From: a virus
Lineage: Duplodnaviria; Caudoviricetes
Strand: one strand, 5' to 3'
Length of the DNA stretch: 64,000 nt
IMG/VR virus record: IMGVR_UViG_3300020576_004352
Coordinates: 1 to 64,000 of that record
Position 1 is the stretch's first letter, and each line of letters starts with the position of its first letter. The position numbers and the translations under genes were made by a program. A model generated the notes under the pieces. The model saw only the letters and a program-made list of their open reading frames with translations. It did no database searches and was not told where the DNA came from. Positions 8,911 to 19,314 of this stretch are shown here, piece by piece.

Positions 8911-9579
8911 GTGGATATGTTTGGACTTGGAAAGAGTAACGAGAAGATTCTTCAAGATGAAGAAGCTCGTAAAGCCGAGGTAGAAGCGGCTGCCGCTAAA
9001 GAAGATTCGAGTACCAAGGTGGTAGAAGACGCCGTTAAGCCTGAAACCTATGCACCGGTGCCGGAAGCCGCATCTGCTGCCGATCCCGCTGTTGACCCCG
9101 CTGCGGAAACCCCTACTGTAGAGCCTGAGGCCGCTCCCGTGGCTGACCCGGCTGCCAGTGTTGATCCTGTTGAGCAGGTAGCTACGGCTGATGCGGCTAC
9201 GGCCGCTCCCGTGGCTGACCCGGCTGCCAGTGTTGATCCTGTTGAGCAGGTAGCTACGGCTGATGCGGCTACGGCCGAAGTCACTAAGGTTGATCCTGCT
9301 ACTGGCGAAGAGCATGTTGAAAAGGTCGAGCTGACTGGCGACTTCCCGCCTTTTCCGTCTGACCATAAAACCTCCCCCAGCTTTGACGGTCACAAATACG
9401 TAGTGACTGCCTTTGCTGACTTTGGCGACGGCGAGAAGCAGGTAGTGGTGGGTTATACCCATCATTCAAACGGCGGTGGCCTGCTTGAGTATGTGGACAC
9501 CCATCCTCTTTACTCAAAGCCTCTGCTGCGTGAGCTTTCTTTTGAAGAGCAGATCGCACTGGCTAAGGCAGCGGTATAA
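8911..9579 (+). CDS. acidic Ala/Pro-rich low-complexity protein
   Basis: AAGGGAG RBS; followed by a terminator. Confidence 0.7.
   Translation: MDMFGLGKSNEKILQDEEARKAEVEAAAAKEDSSTKVVEDAVKPETYAPVPEAASAADPAVDPAAETPTVEPEAAPVADPAASVDPVEQVATADAATAAPVADPAASVDPVEQVATADAATAEVTKVDPATGEEHVEKVELTGDFPPFPSDHKTSPSFDGHKYVVTAFADFGDGEKQVVVGYTHHSNGGGLLEYVDTHPLYSKPLLRELSFEEQIALAKAAV
9130..9276 (+). repeat. exact 72-bp tandem duplication (AAPVADPAASVDPVEQVATADAAT x2)
   Basis: 9130-9201 is identical to 9202-9273. Confidence 0.95.
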
Positions 9580-9624
9580 GCTGTTAGCGCGGCCCCGAGC
9601 ACAGGCTCAATGGTCGTGTCAACT

Positions 9625-9663
9625 CTCCCCTCTGTGTTGGGCATGCAGAGGGGAGTTTCTTTT
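9625..9663 (+). terminator. intrinsic terminator
   Basis: CTCCCCTCTG/CAGAGGGGAG stem followed by TTTCTTTT. Confidence 0.75.
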
Positions 9664-9744
9664 GGAGATTGAACCTCGGTTCAAATAACGGGCTTGTTTA
9701 AACAGCCCGCCCTATGTAATATCCAACTAACGAGGAGCAGCACG

Positions 9745-10308
9745 ATGAGCAGCACCATAGAGCGGTACGACACCCATTACCTGCATAAGTTTATCCAAGA
9801 CAGCAACATGATCGAGGGCATCTTTGGCACGCCCAGTGCCCGAGATTTAGAGGTGGCGCAGGCCTTCCTCGAGAAGAAGTATCTGACTGTCGATGATTTG
9901 TGCGAGGTAGTTACCCATTTTCAGCCGGGAGCACGTGTGCGCAGTCAGGCGGGGATGAATGTTCGCGTAGGTAACCATATGCCCCCGGTGGGCGGTATGC
10001 AGGTGGTCTATGCGTTGGAAGAGTTGCTGGGAGTGATCAATGCATCCCCCAAGGATATGACCCCTTACTATCTGCATCAGGCATATGAGAGACTGCACCC
10101 CTTCACGGATGGCAATGGCCGCTCTGGTCGTTTGCTCTATGCGTACCACTCTCTGAAATGCGGGCAGGATCGCTTTCTCAAGCTGGGCTTTCTGCACAAC
10201 TTTTATTATGAGAGCCTTGCCCATGACCCCATGCGGCATGTGCCGCAGCCGGTCTATCTGAAATGCGCTGATCTGGCTCCGCTCGAGCGGACTGATATGG
10301 AGGCCTAA
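9745..10308 (+). CDS. fic: Fic-domain protein with N-terminal inhibitory motif
   Basis: Catalytic HPFTDGNGRSGR; SNMIEG matches (S/T)xxxE(G/N); GAGGAG RBS before ATG 9745. Confidence 0.9.
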   Translation: MSSTIERYDTHYLHKFIQDSNMIEGIFGTPSARDLEVAQAFLEKKYLTVDDLCEVVTHFQPGARVRSQAGMNVRVGNHMPPVGGMQVVYALEELLGVINASPKDMTPYYLHQAYERLHPFTDGNGRSGRLLYAYHSLKCGQDRFLKLGFLHNFYYESLAHDPMRHVPQPVYLKCADLAPLERTDMEA

Positions 10309-10557
10309 GTGACCGAAGTTGCCATGATACCGATTATATCAAACGCCAATGTCATCAATGATGCCTTCATATATGCAGGCAACACGGTGGTCTTCACCAC
10401 TGACCGGCAGGCCAAGGCATTCACGGAAGAGATGGTGCTGATAATCGCGGATGGGGATAAAGCACCGATTAACTGCACGGTTAAAAAGATACGCAAGGTA
10501 TCGCTGGGGTTTTATGAAGTAACGGCATGGGTACAGCCCGGCCAAGGGGAGAATTGA
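10309..10557 (+). CDS. hypothetical protein
   Basis: GTG start with GGAGG RBS. Confidence 0.5.
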   Translation: MTEVAMIPIISNANVINDAFIYAGNTVVFTTDRQAKAFTEEMVLIIADGDKAPINCTVKKIRKVSLGFYEVTAWVQPGQGEN

Positions 10558-10558
10558 G

Positions 10559-11878
10559 ATGACAGAACGTGAGCGCATCTGCAGTGTGGTGTCAAAGCCA
10601 ACGGTCATTGAGAATGGTGTTGTGGGTATCAATAAGCTGGTTCCATATGCCAAGAACTCCCGCACTCACAGCGAAAAGCAGATTGAGCAGATCGCGGCTT
10701 CTATCGCGGAGTTTGGATTTGTAAATCCTGTGCTGGTGTGGAAGAAGAATGAGATTATCGCCGGACATGGCCGGGTGCTCGCGGCCAAGCGACTGCTTGA
10801 ACAAGACCCTAAGAGGTACGCGCACCTTGGAGAGCTTCCTGTTCGGAAGTGCGACCATCTTACCGATGTGCAGCGCAGAGCCCTTGTGATCGCAGACAAC
10901 AAGCTGGCCCTGAATGCGGGCTGGGATAACACCATTCTTTCGGAGGAGTTGACCGCGCTGATGCCTGACTTCTCAGATTTGGGTATCATTGGCTTCACAG
11001 AGATTGAACTCCGCGACCTCCTGCCAGCTGCTGAAGACCTGACCGATGAGGACAGCGTGCCAGCGGTTCAGTCTCGCGCAGTATCATGTGCCGGGGATAT
11101 ATGGGAGCTGGGAGAGCACAAGCTTATGTGTGGTGACAGCACCTCATGCACAGATGTGGCCACACTGATGGGGAGGGAGCGTGCAGATATGTGGCTGACC
11201 GATCCACCTTATAACGTAGCCTATGAGGGTAAGACGAAAGACGCCCTCAAGATCGTGAACGACAACATGTCGGACGAGAAGTTCAGAGCCTTCCTGCGGG
11301 ACGCCTGTGTAGCTGCCGATGCCGTGATGAGGCCGGGCGCGGTTTTTTATATCTGGCACGCGGACAGTGAGGGTTATAACTTCCGGGGTGCTTGTAAGGA
11401 CACTGGCTGGGTTGTCCGGCAGTGCGTTATCTGGAAGAAGCAGTCGATGATACTCGGGAGACAGGATTATCATTGGCAGCACGAGCCTTGCCTATATGGG
11501 TGGAAGAGCGGAGCATCTCACAAATGGTCTAGCAACAGGAAGCAGACCACCATTCTTGAGTTCGATAAGCCCTCCCGGAACGGGGAGCACCCCACCATGA
11601 AGCCTGTTGCTCTCTTCGAGTATCAGATGCTTAATAATACGGACAAGGGAGACATTGTTCTCGACAGTTTTGGAGGCAGCGGAACTACCTTGATCGCAGC
11701 GGAAAAGAATGAACGCATCGCCCGGATCATGGAACTTGATCCCATATATGTAGACGTCATTATCCGCAGGTGGGAGCAGCTTACAGGTAGGCAGGCCGTG
11801 CATTCCGTTACCAAGAAGACATTCGCCTCCTGCGAGTGTGGTAGGGGCAGCGCGGGGCCATTGAAAACCCGTAAGTAG
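10559..11878 (+). CDS. ParB-like N-terminal domain plus amino-DNA methyltransferase (beta order)
   Basis: Y.KNSRTH..FGF.NP...IAGHGR..AA; DPPY precedes DSFGGSGTT. Confidence 0.9.
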   Translation: MTERERICSVVSKPTVIENGVVGINKLVPYAKNSRTHSEKQIEQIAASIAEFGFVNPVLVWKKNEIIAGHGRVLAAKRLLEQDPKRYAHLGELPVRKCDHLTDVQRRALVIADNKLALNAGWDNTILSEELTALMPDFSDLGIIGFTEIELRDLLPAAEDLTDEDSVPAVQSRAVSCAGDIWELGEHKLMCGDSTSCTDVATLMGRERADMWLTDPPYNVAYEGKTKDALKIVNDNMSDEKFRAFLRDACVAADAVMRPGAVFYIWHADSEGYNFRGACKDTGWVVRQCVIWKKQSMILGRQDYHWQHEPCLYGWKSGASHKWSSNRKQTTILEFDKPSRNGEHPTMKPVALFEYQMLNNTDKGDIVLDSFGGSGTTLIAAEKNERIARIMELDPIYVDVIIRRWEQLTGRQAVHSVTKKTFASCECGRGSAGPLKTRK

Positions 11879-11958
11879 TGCGGTAACATGGCTTGAAGGT
11901 AGGGATAGGCAGTTGAACCCCGGTTCAGCAGGCACAACTCTAGACAGGAAGCGCCAGT

Positions 11959-12693
11959 ATGGAAAGAACTCGTGAACGCACTCGTGGGCAGCGTGGCCCC
12001 GGCAAGAAGACTGTCGTGGTGCCACCATCTGCACGAGTGTCCAAGAAACCTATGATGGGTAACCGCGACGCGGTGAGCGCCACGGCTGACCGCATTATAA
12101 AGACAGGCTCTCTGCCCGCCAATGACTGGCTTGAACGCATGTTCCCCGGTGTGACAGCCAGTCCTGCGGCCCGCACCGAGTTGATGATGGGCCTTGTGTT
12201 CACGCTTGAGCTTCGCGGCATGCGTACCGCGCAGATGGCACAGGCCCTTCGCGTGCGCGAAGAGACAGTGAATTATTACCGCAACAAGATGCGCGAGCAG
12301 TTTGCAAAAGAGACAACGGACATGAGCTTTACTGGCTCCATTGGCCGCAGCCTCACCACGTTTCGGGAGCTTCAGGCGCAGGCCGCTAAAATCCTGTACA
12401 GCTCTGATAAGAACACCACCAACTATCACAAGTTACGTGCCTTGCAGGCGGCTGCCAGTATGGAGAGGTCGATCTTTACCGTTATGGAGAAATCGGGCTT
12501 CTTGGAAAACCAGCGTTTGACGGCTGCCGCTCCGCCTGCCCAGAAAGATGACAATCTGAACTTCGTGCAAAACCTGATCTTGCAGATGCTGACCGGTGAT
12601 CCAGATGCACCTGATGAGGAGGCACCTCCTAACGATCCAAATAATGAAATGCTGGCCGTAGAGGAAAAGCATATTTCTCTGACAGGCTTCTAG
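11959..12693 (+). CDS. putative terminase small subunit
   Basis: Directly upstream of terL; HTH-like segment (TAQMAQALRVREETVNYY). Confidence 0.55.
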   Translation: MERTRERTRGQRGPGKKTVVVPPSARVSKKPMMGNRDAVSATADRIIKTGSLPANDWLERMFPGVTASPAARTELMMGLVFTLELRGMRTAQMAQALRVREETVNYYRNKMREQFAKETTDMSFTGSIGRSLTTFRELQAQAAKILYSSDKNTTNYHKLRALQAAASMERSIFTVMEKSGFLENQRLTAAAPPAQKDDNLNFVQNLILQMLTGDPDAPDEEAPPNDPNNEMLAVEEKHISLTGF

Positions 12694-12694
12694 C

Positions 12695-14689
12695 ATGGGG
12701 TATAATTTTAAAGACTTCACCCCCGAAGAGCTTGACCGGATAAAGAGGCAAACCGAAAGGCTGGTACGTGCTGCACAGGCATCAGGCAATGCGCGTGCTC
12801 TGAAGATGTTTGAGCATGCAGCATTGCAGTTGTTTAACGAGAATAATCCGCACTACGTGACTGCCATTATGAACATGTCGTCATGGCCGGTCACCATCGA
12901 TGAGTTTATCGAGAGCAAAGATTTCCTCGGGCATGATCCAGACTTCAACGTATGGCCGATGCTGCGGGAGGATTTGAGAGGGATGAACCCGGATATATGG
13001 ACGGGGCAGACCCATATATTTGAGACGTTTGACGGTGGCTCCACGGGGACAGGGAAAACGCACAAGGCCCAGATAACGCAGCTTTATCAGCTCTATACCC
13101 TTTGTTGCTTTCCAAAACCCGTCAAGCTTTGGCCCCGGCTCTCCAGTAATACTCCGCTGATGTTCTTCTTCCAATCGGTGCAGGAGCGTGTGACCCGGCG
13201 AGTAATATATGAGCCCTTCCGCAGCATGTTCACCCAGCTTCCGTTTGTCAGGAGGTTTGTCTCGTGGGACAAGGACAAGGATACCTCACTGGTGCTGGGT
13301 AATGGAGTGCAGGTCATTCCGGCTCTCGCGGCCCTCAATAATATCGTGGGGCAGGCCATCGTATCTGGCATCCTCGACGAAGTAAATTTTATGTCGGTGG
13401 TCACAGAGAGTAAGCAGGTTATAGGGGCTCGTGGCCAAGGCGGATTGTTTGACCAAGCCCAGATCGTCTACAACAACATCACTCGTCGCCGGAAGTCGCG
13501 CTTTATTACCAAGGGCCCGAGCCCCGGAGTGATCTCTGTGTTGTCGTCCGTGAGATACCTTGGCGATTTTATGGATCGCCGCATACAGCAGTACGAGAAT
13601 GTCAGAGGCACTATTGATGAGGAGCGGCACACCTTCGTCATGCGTCGCGCACAGTACCACGTGCATCCAGCAGAGGATTACTCCGGGGTTAAATTCAGGC
13701 TCCTCGTCGGCAGCGTTGAGTATGGCACTCGTATCCTTAAAGATGGTGAGGAAGCCGGGCGTCACTACCCCCTGAATGCCCGTGTGGAAGAGGTGCCGAT
13801 AGAATACAAGCAGGACTTCCTGCGTGACCCTGAGGGTGCTCTGCGGGACGTGTGCGGCATCGCCACGGACGTTATCAGCCCGTACATCACACAGCGGCAT
13901 AAGATCGTTGCGGCCATCACTCGCGGCAAAAACCGGGGCATGAAGCCTTGGGTGATCGACGCGGATATTGATCTCTCCAATGGTGAAGAGGGCGTGGCCA
14001 TGATGCCCCAGATCATTGAGGATAACCTTCCCACTGATAGGAGTGCCCCTCGTTATGTGCATGTGGACTTGTCCGTATCAGGTGATCGGTGCGGACTAGC
14101 CATTGTCAAGGTGGCTGGGTTTAAACAGGTCACTAATGCAGACCACGTGATTGAGCACTTGCCGCACTATGTTATGGAGCAGGGCATTACAATTCAGCCC
14201 AGCACCGCGCATGAGTTGGATATTGCAGAAGTGCGGCGCTGGATCATGAGTTTGAAATCGCACTACGGTATCAACATCGCGGTGGTGACCTACGATAACT
14301 TCCAGAGCCGCGAGAGTATGCAGCTCCTGCGTAAGGCTGGCGTGCCGTCAATGCACATATCGGTGGACACCACCACGGAGCCTTATGACACCCTGAAGGC
14401 CGCGCTGTATCAAGATCGCATTGACTTTCAGGATCACGAGATGCTGAAGGTTGAGCTATCTAACCTTGAGTATAACGCCAAGAAGAAAAAGGTAGACCAC
14501 CCTGTCAAGGGCAGCAAAGACCTTGCTGACGCTGTGGCCGGTGCGGTGTATAGTGCCTCTATTGCCCGTGCGGTTCGCGGTGAAACCCGAATGACTGACG
14601 AGTATGGCCGGGAGCCGGGCCGGGATGAGTATGGCCGGATGCGGGTTACAGACCGCCCGCAATCACCCCATCGCCGCGTGCGGCAGTAG
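12695..14689 (+). CDS. terL: terminase large subunit
   Basis: Walker A GSTGTGKT, Walker B ILDEVN, nuclease HVDLS..GD, DHP..GSKDLADAVAG. Confidence 0.9.
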   Translation: MGYNFKDFTPEELDRIKRQTERLVRAAQASGNARALKMFEHAALQLFNENNPHYVTAIMNMSSWPVTIDEFIESKDFLGHDPDFNVWPMLREDLRGMNPDIWTGQTHIFETFDGGSTGTGKTHKAQITQLYQLYTLCCFPKPVKLWPRLSSNTPLMFFFQSVQERVTRRVIYEPFRSMFTQLPFVRRFVSWDKDKDTSLVLGNGVQVIPALAALNNIVGQAIVSGILDEVNFMSVVTESKQVIGARGQGGLFDQAQIVYNNITRRRKSRFITKGPSPGVISVLSSVRYLGDFMDRRIQQYENVRGTIDEERHTFVMRRAQYHVHPAEDYSGVKFRLLVGSVEYGTRILKDGEEAGRHYPLNARVEEVPIEYKQDFLRDPEGALRDVCGIATDVISPYITQRHKIVAAITRGKNRGMKPWVIDADIDLSNGEEGVAMMPQIIEDNLPTDRSAPRYVHVDLSVSGDRCGLAIVKVAGFKQVTNADHVIEHLPHYVMEQGITIQPSTAHELDIAEVRRWIMSLKSHYGINIAVVTYDNFQSRESMQLLRKAGVPSMHISVDTTTEPYDTLKAALYQDRIDFQDHEMLKVELSNLEYNAKKKKVDHPVKGSKDLADAVAGAVYSASIARAVRGETRMTDEYGREPGRDEYGRMRVTDRPQSPHRRVRQ

Positions 14690-14697
14690 GAGCTATC

Positions 14698-14937
14698 ATG
14701 GATTTAGTTTGGCGAGAACTCAGTGACCGTGCGCAGGATTATCTTGAAGGGCAGCTTATTGCGGGGTTGACCACACATAACAAGGTCGAGCTCTGCCGGT
14801 GGAAAAAGGAGGCGGGTTTCCGCAGCGGCTTTTACCTTCAAGGAGGTAGTGCGGTGCTGAGGCTGAAGGGTTACTGGCCTATCCCTTATGCAGAGGCAAA
14901 GCCGAGTGAACCCCGGTTCAAGAAAGCAATAAAATAA
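14698..14937 (+). CDS. hypothetical protein
   Basis: AGGAG RBS. Confidence 0.55.
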   Translation: MDLVWRELSDRAQDYLEGQLIAGLTTHNKVELCRWKKEAGFRSGFYLQGGSAVLRLKGYWPIPYAEAKPSEPRFKKAIK

Positions 14938-14950
14938 TAAGAATTATTAC

Positions 14951-14979
14951 TTGACCAATAAAGTGTTAGGGTTTAGGGT
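14951..14979 (+). promoter_or_regulatory. promoter, conserved-spacer family
   Basis: TTGACC-AATAAAGTGTTAGGGTT-TAGGGT. Confidence 0.75.
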
Positions 14980-15028
14980 GTTTTTGTTGGCGGGTGGTTG
15001 GCACCCGTGAAAAACCGGAGACTGGACT

Positions 15029-15154
15029 ATGCCTGAAGATTTCGATTTCACCTTTGATTGCAGCCTGAACGAAGAAATGGCCCTGATGCTGGCCGAACAG
15101 GATGATGACGGCCTTGAGGCCTTTGGGTATGAGGAAGAAGTCGCGTATGCCTAA
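15029..15154 (+). CDS. 41-aa highly acidic peptide
   Basis: GGAGACT RBS, first ORF after promoter; 14 D/E and no K/R. Confidence 0.6.
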   Translation: MPEDFDFTFDCSLNEEMALMLAEQDDDGLEAFGYEEEVAYA

Positions 15155-15419
15155 GCTGTCTTCCAGAGTGAGTGTGAACCCCTCCCCAGATACAAAACTC
15201 CGGGGAGGGTTTTACGTGAGCACTATCCGGGACAGGAGCTCCTACGCGCTTCTGCTGGGCCCGTTTGATACCCATCGCGAGGCTCTTGGCCATGTCCGCG
15301 CAGTCACTGACTTTACAAACGAGCGCAAGCCGGAGAGCCATTGGTGGCTCTTTGGCACTTGTCGGGTTGACCCCGCCGAGGGCTCACTACCCGGAGGGAT
15401 ACTGAATGGTCTCGTCTAA
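15147..15419 (+). CDS. hypothetical protein
   Basis: GAGGAAG upstream; overlaps previous stop. Confidence 0.55.
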   Translation: MPKLSSRVSVNPSPDTKLRGGFYVSTIRDRSSYALLLGPFDTHREALGHVRAVTDFTNERKPESHWWLFGTCRVDPAEGSLPGGILNGLV

Positions 15420-15879
15420 AAATAAGTTAAAAGAAAAGCAAGACGTATCGAGCTATCGTGGGAAGGCCCCGTCGATGAACCCCTACCTGATGGGCGATGA
15501 CCTATATCTCTGGCAGGAGCTGGCCGCTACCTTTAAGCCGAACGCGGATAAAGAGGAGGTGCTTGAATGCTTAATTGCATATGGGGACACCTGCCCGGAA
15601 GACGAAGAAGAGAAATTCGAGGATCGTGTGGCTGCCCGCCTCTTGGAGATAGCGGAGGAAGAACAGGCCTCCCATGAAGACGACAAAAAAGAGACCATGC
15701 TGTCTCTGGCGGAGCGGATAGACACTGTGCTTCACCTTCGGCTGACCGAGGGTGATTTCAGGATGTGTAAACGACTGCTTGAGCCTGTATTCCGGGAGTT
15801 CGGGGTTGGCGAGCCCCTACCAGTTAAGAAGACCCCTAAAAATAAAAAAGCACTTGACAAAAAAACTGTTAGGGGTTAG
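15406..15879 (+). CDS. hypothetical acidic protein
   Basis: GGAGG RBS. Confidence 0.6.
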   Translation: MVSSKNKLKEKQDVSSYRGKAPSMNPYLMGDDLYLWQELAATFKPNADKEEVLECLIAYGDTCPEDEEEKFEDRVAARLLEIAEEEQASHEDDKKETMLSLAERIDTVLHLRLTEGDFRMCKRLLEPVFREFGVGEPLPVKKTPKNKKALDKKTVRG

Positions 15880-15882
15880 GGT
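15854..15882 (+). promoter_or_regulatory. promoter, conserved-spacer family
   Basis: TTGACA-AAAAAACTGTTAGGGGT-TAGGGT. Confidence 0.8.
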
Positions 15883-15915
15883 GTGGGCGTTGGATACTTT
15901 TACTGGAGACGCACC

Positions 15916-16230
15916 ATGCCTACACAAATCACCATTGACCCTCTGAAGATGTTTAACGTGGTCGACCCTTGGGGCGAAGAGCACGAGGTCGAGGCTGACA
16001 CCCTTAAGGAAGCGCAGACCTACTGCGATGACACATTCTACGAGCGGATGTGCGATGCCGACGAGGACACATCAGGTGAGCACGAGCAGGACGGCTGGGT
16101 TATCGTTGAGCTCCACCTCACAGAGGATGACCCTGTAGAACTCGCCCGGCACTCCTATACCGCGACATTCGAGGATTACGGCAGCGATTACGAGCAGCAT
16201 AATACGCTGTGGCACGGATGCGCACTTTGA
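15916..16230 (+). CDS. highly acidic early protein, 104 aa
   Basis: CTGGAGAC RBS; about a quarter D/E by hand count. Confidence 0.7.
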   Translation: MPTQITIDPLKMFNVVDPWGEEHEVEADTLKEAQTYCDDTFYERMCDADEDTSGEHEQDGWVIVELHLTEDDPVELARHSYTATFEDYGSDYEQHNTLWHGCAL

Positions 16231-16241
16231 GGGAGGCTACT

Positions 16242-17939
16242 ATGTCAGAGAATACAGACGAAGACCTCATCGAGCTGCTCCCGCAATCTACCTTTGTGCG
16301 GGACTTTGCGAAGGCGTGGCACGACGAAACGGTCAGCTGCGCAGAAGAAGTGGATGCTGATGATTTTCGCGTGGGCGTTAATAACTCCGCGAAGGGGGAG
16401 AGCGATACCGCGTTCACTGTGACCCATCGAGGTGACCAGCTGCTATGCCGTGTTGTGGTGTACGAACAGAATGGCCGCTGCGGTGTCCTCTTCTGTAACA
16501 CGGGGCCGGTGGAGGCCGTTGAGACTTCCTTTTACAATTTTTGAACCGGGGTTCACATATGCCTGAAAACATTACGCTGTATTTCACAGAGGATTACAAA
16601 GCCAAGGTAACCTCTGTGGAGGTTGAGGCTTTGCCCTTGGTGTGCGCGGGGATACCGTTTCATGTGCATGTGTGGCTGCATCCGCTGACCGGGAAGCCCA
16701 TAAAGGGGGAGCGCAACATCTCCCGCAACGGTGCGCCTCTGCCTTGGATACTTAAGCAGGGCGATGATGCCAAGCAGTTTATTATAGACCGGGTACGCGG
16801 CACCTATGGGGGCCAGCCGAGCCCTTATGGCACCATCTCGATCAATAGGTTTATCTCCGACTTGGTGGCGTGGCAGAGGGTCTACCAGCGCGTATCCGGC
16901 AGGACTGATCGCTTTTATGATAGAGAGCGTGACTATCTGATTTCTGTTGTTAAATACAAAGGCAAAGCCTGATGCGCTTTACAGATGGGAGACTTAAGCA
17001 TGAGTAATGCACTGACTATGCGTGCCCGACTTTCTGATGCGATCCGCGAGTACGAAGACAAGTTTGCGGCTTTGGAAAACGAGCTTGTTCTATTTGGGCA
17101 GGCGGGTGATCGGCTCAAGAGTGCTGTAACCATATTGGGGCAGTGGGAAAGCGCGGCTGCGTAAGTTAATTAATAGTATTGCCTGCTGCACAGCCTCGAT
17201 TGGGCATGTAGCGGAAGAGTGTTGGTGAATTGCCACAAAGAACAGAAAGGCAGCGTAATCATGTACATAGACAAGTTTGCTAGGGAATACTTGCAGAAGG
17301 TGTGTCCTAAAAGTCAGGCCCGCGCTTTTTATTATTTTGACAACCCAACAAAAACAGCGGAGCTTTACCTGAACGTGCTGCGGCTGGACGACCCCCGCGA
17401 GCAGGTGACGCGCAAGATAATCTTGCCGTCTAACGTGGAGCTACCTCCGGGCTTAGACCTTAAGCAGACGTGCCGCGATATCCTTGCTGAAGCAGGACAC
17501 AAAATCACCAACACCGACGAGGGACTGAACGATGAGTAAGGAAGCCACATTTGACCCCGACTACCTGCATGGCGTTATGCGCGAGTTTTATATCCGTCGC
17601 CTCGTGGCCGGTGGCGCAAAGCGTGAGCGCCTGCAAATGCCTCCTCATCTGGTTGACCGGCACTGCGCCCAGTACAGTGTCACCCTTCGTACCTTACTAG
17701 AGGTGCTGGCAGACCGTGGCGACCTCGACCCGGCAAAGCTGCGCCCCACAGATGAAGACAAGATCCGGGCCCCGGTGCCCGACGAGACAGATACGATTAA
17801 GCCTGTGAAAGCTCCTGCCCCGAAAGTGCAGAAGCCCGAGCAGCTTAAGACGGCGGTACTTGATGAAGCGTTACCGGCCCCTACCGCCCCGGTCATTAGC
17901 GTTCCCCGAGTGCGAGAACGGACGCGCAGCAGGAGTTAA
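16242..17939 (+). CDS. run of hypothetical ORFs (16242..16544, ~16559..16972, 17000..17164, ~17261..17539, 17532..17939)
   Basis: Tightly packed + strand ORFs, several with GGAG-type RBS; no recognised domains. Confidence 0.55.
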
Positions 17940-17940
17940 C

Positions 17941-18423
17941 ATGAGCGTTATTATTGCTTTTCTTTTACACCTACTAGCCAATTCAAGTTATCAGGAGGCT
18001 GCCCAACTAGATCAACGAGAGATGATGTGTGTGGCGACAGCCATATATCATGAGAGCAGGGGGGAGCCCGTATCCGGGCAGACCGCTGTGGCATGGGTGA
18101 TAAAAAACAGGATAAGCGGAAGTCGCTATCCCGGAACCGCATGCGGGGTTGTCTACCAGCCTCACCAATTTACTGATATCAGGAGTGCCCGGCCAATATA
18201 CAGCAGCCCCGAGTGGAAGCAGGCAGTAGAGGTGGCGTGCTTGGTGTGGCTGGGTGCTATATCTGACCCGACAGGTGGCGCTATGTATTATTATGCACAT
18301 AATAAAGTAGACAAGCCCCGATGGGCATATTATATGGTCAGGACTGTGCGCCTGTATAATCACACGTTTTACCGTGAGCCTTTGAACCCCGGTTCAATCA
18401 GTTATTTGATCGCGATGAATTAA
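17941..18423 (+). CDS. SleB-like cell wall hydrolase (Hydrolase_2)
   Basis: C.ATAIYHESRGEP..GQ.AVAWV..NR, YP.T.CGVVYQP.QF, HTFY; AGGAG RBS before 17941. Confidence 0.9.
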   Translation: MSVIIAFLLHLLANSSYQEAAQLDQREMMCVATAIYHESRGEPVSGQTAVAWVIKNRISGSRYPGTACGVVYQPHQFTDIRSARPIYSSPEWKQAVEVACLVWLGAISDPTGGAMYYYAHNKVDKPRWAYYMVRTVRLYNHTFYREPLNPGSISYLIAMN

Positions 18424-18425
18424 CC

Positions 18426-18743
18426 ATGAAGTTCAAACGAAACCTCATAGCGCGTGATCTCTACACGCCAAAGTATCACCAACGGGTCGTACCCGCAAAA
18501 CGAAAGGAAGAGAGCATGGCGCGTAAAGGAGCAGAGGTAGTGGACATAGAGGCTGCGCTTCGCAAGGACACTGGCGCGGCCTACATGGTATTCGCTGGCG
18601 AGTACGAAAATCACCCTCAGTACGGACGTAAAGAAAAATGGGTTAGCCTGCCAAAAAGCCTCACGGAGTGGGACGGCGATAAAGTGTTCACAATCCCCGT
18701 CTGGATATGTGAAGAAAAAGGGCTCGACGCCTGCGTTATCTGA
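18426..18743 (+). CDS. hypothetical protein (possible second start MARKG at ~18516)
   Basis: ORF; internal AAGGAAGAG before MARKG. Confidence 0.55.
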   Translation: MKFKRNLIARDLYTPKYHQRVVPAKRKEESMARKGAEVVDIEAALRKDTGAAYMVFAGEYENHPQYGRKEKWVSLPKSLTEWDGDKVFTIPVWICEEKGLDACVI

Positions 18744-18795
18744 TATGCGGTAGTCCGGGTGTACCCCTCATATAAGCAGCATCGCAGGAGGTGGC

Positions 18796-19311
18796 ATGTC
18801 AAAGAGGTTCATGATATCTGATCTGCATTTCGATCATATCAAACTGGTGGAGTACCGAGGCTTCACCAGCGTAGCAGATATGAACGACGCACTGATCGCG
18901 GGATGGTGTAGCCGGGTTACTCCAGCAGACAAGGTGTACGTGCTGGGCGACGTGGCCCTGAACACCACGCCTGAGAGCCTTGATCGGCATCTCTCCATGT
19001 TGCCGGGCACCAAGGTACTCATCATGGGTAACCACGACACCTCCCCGGCCAAAATCGAAGTGTATCAGCGGCACTTTATTTCCCTGCTTGGCTGCATGGA
19101 GTATAAAGGCTGCATCCTTTCTCACATACCGGTGCATCCGGCCCAGCTGAGCCGCTTCCGGTTTAACATCCACGGGCATGTTCATAAAAACAGCCTGCGG
19201 ATCAATGATGACCTGTCCGAAGAGCTTGATATGCGATATATTAACGTGAGCTGTGAAGCTCTGAATTATGTACCGCAGACCTTCGAGGAGTTGATCGCTA
19301 ACAGGGGATAA
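18796..19311 (+). CDS. calcineurin-like metallophosphoesterase
   Basis: SDLHFDH, LGDV, GNHD, SH.P, NIHGHVH. Confidence 0.9.
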   Translation: MSKRFMISDLHFDHIKLVEYRGFTSVADMNDALIAGWCSRVTPADKVYVLGDVALNTTPESLDRHLSMLPGTKVLIMGNHDTSPAKIEVYQRHFISLLGCMEYKGCILSHIPVHPAQLSRFRFNIHGHVHKNSLRINDDLSEELDMRYINVSCEALNYVPQTFEELIANRG

Positions 19312-19314
19312 ATA

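Noticed and set aside
11623-12429. Long minus-strand ORFs (e.g. 11623..12429, 13286..14062, 21995..22648, 44487..45179, 56359..57006)
   Set aside because: Antisense shadows of well-supported + strand genes, with no motifs or RBS.
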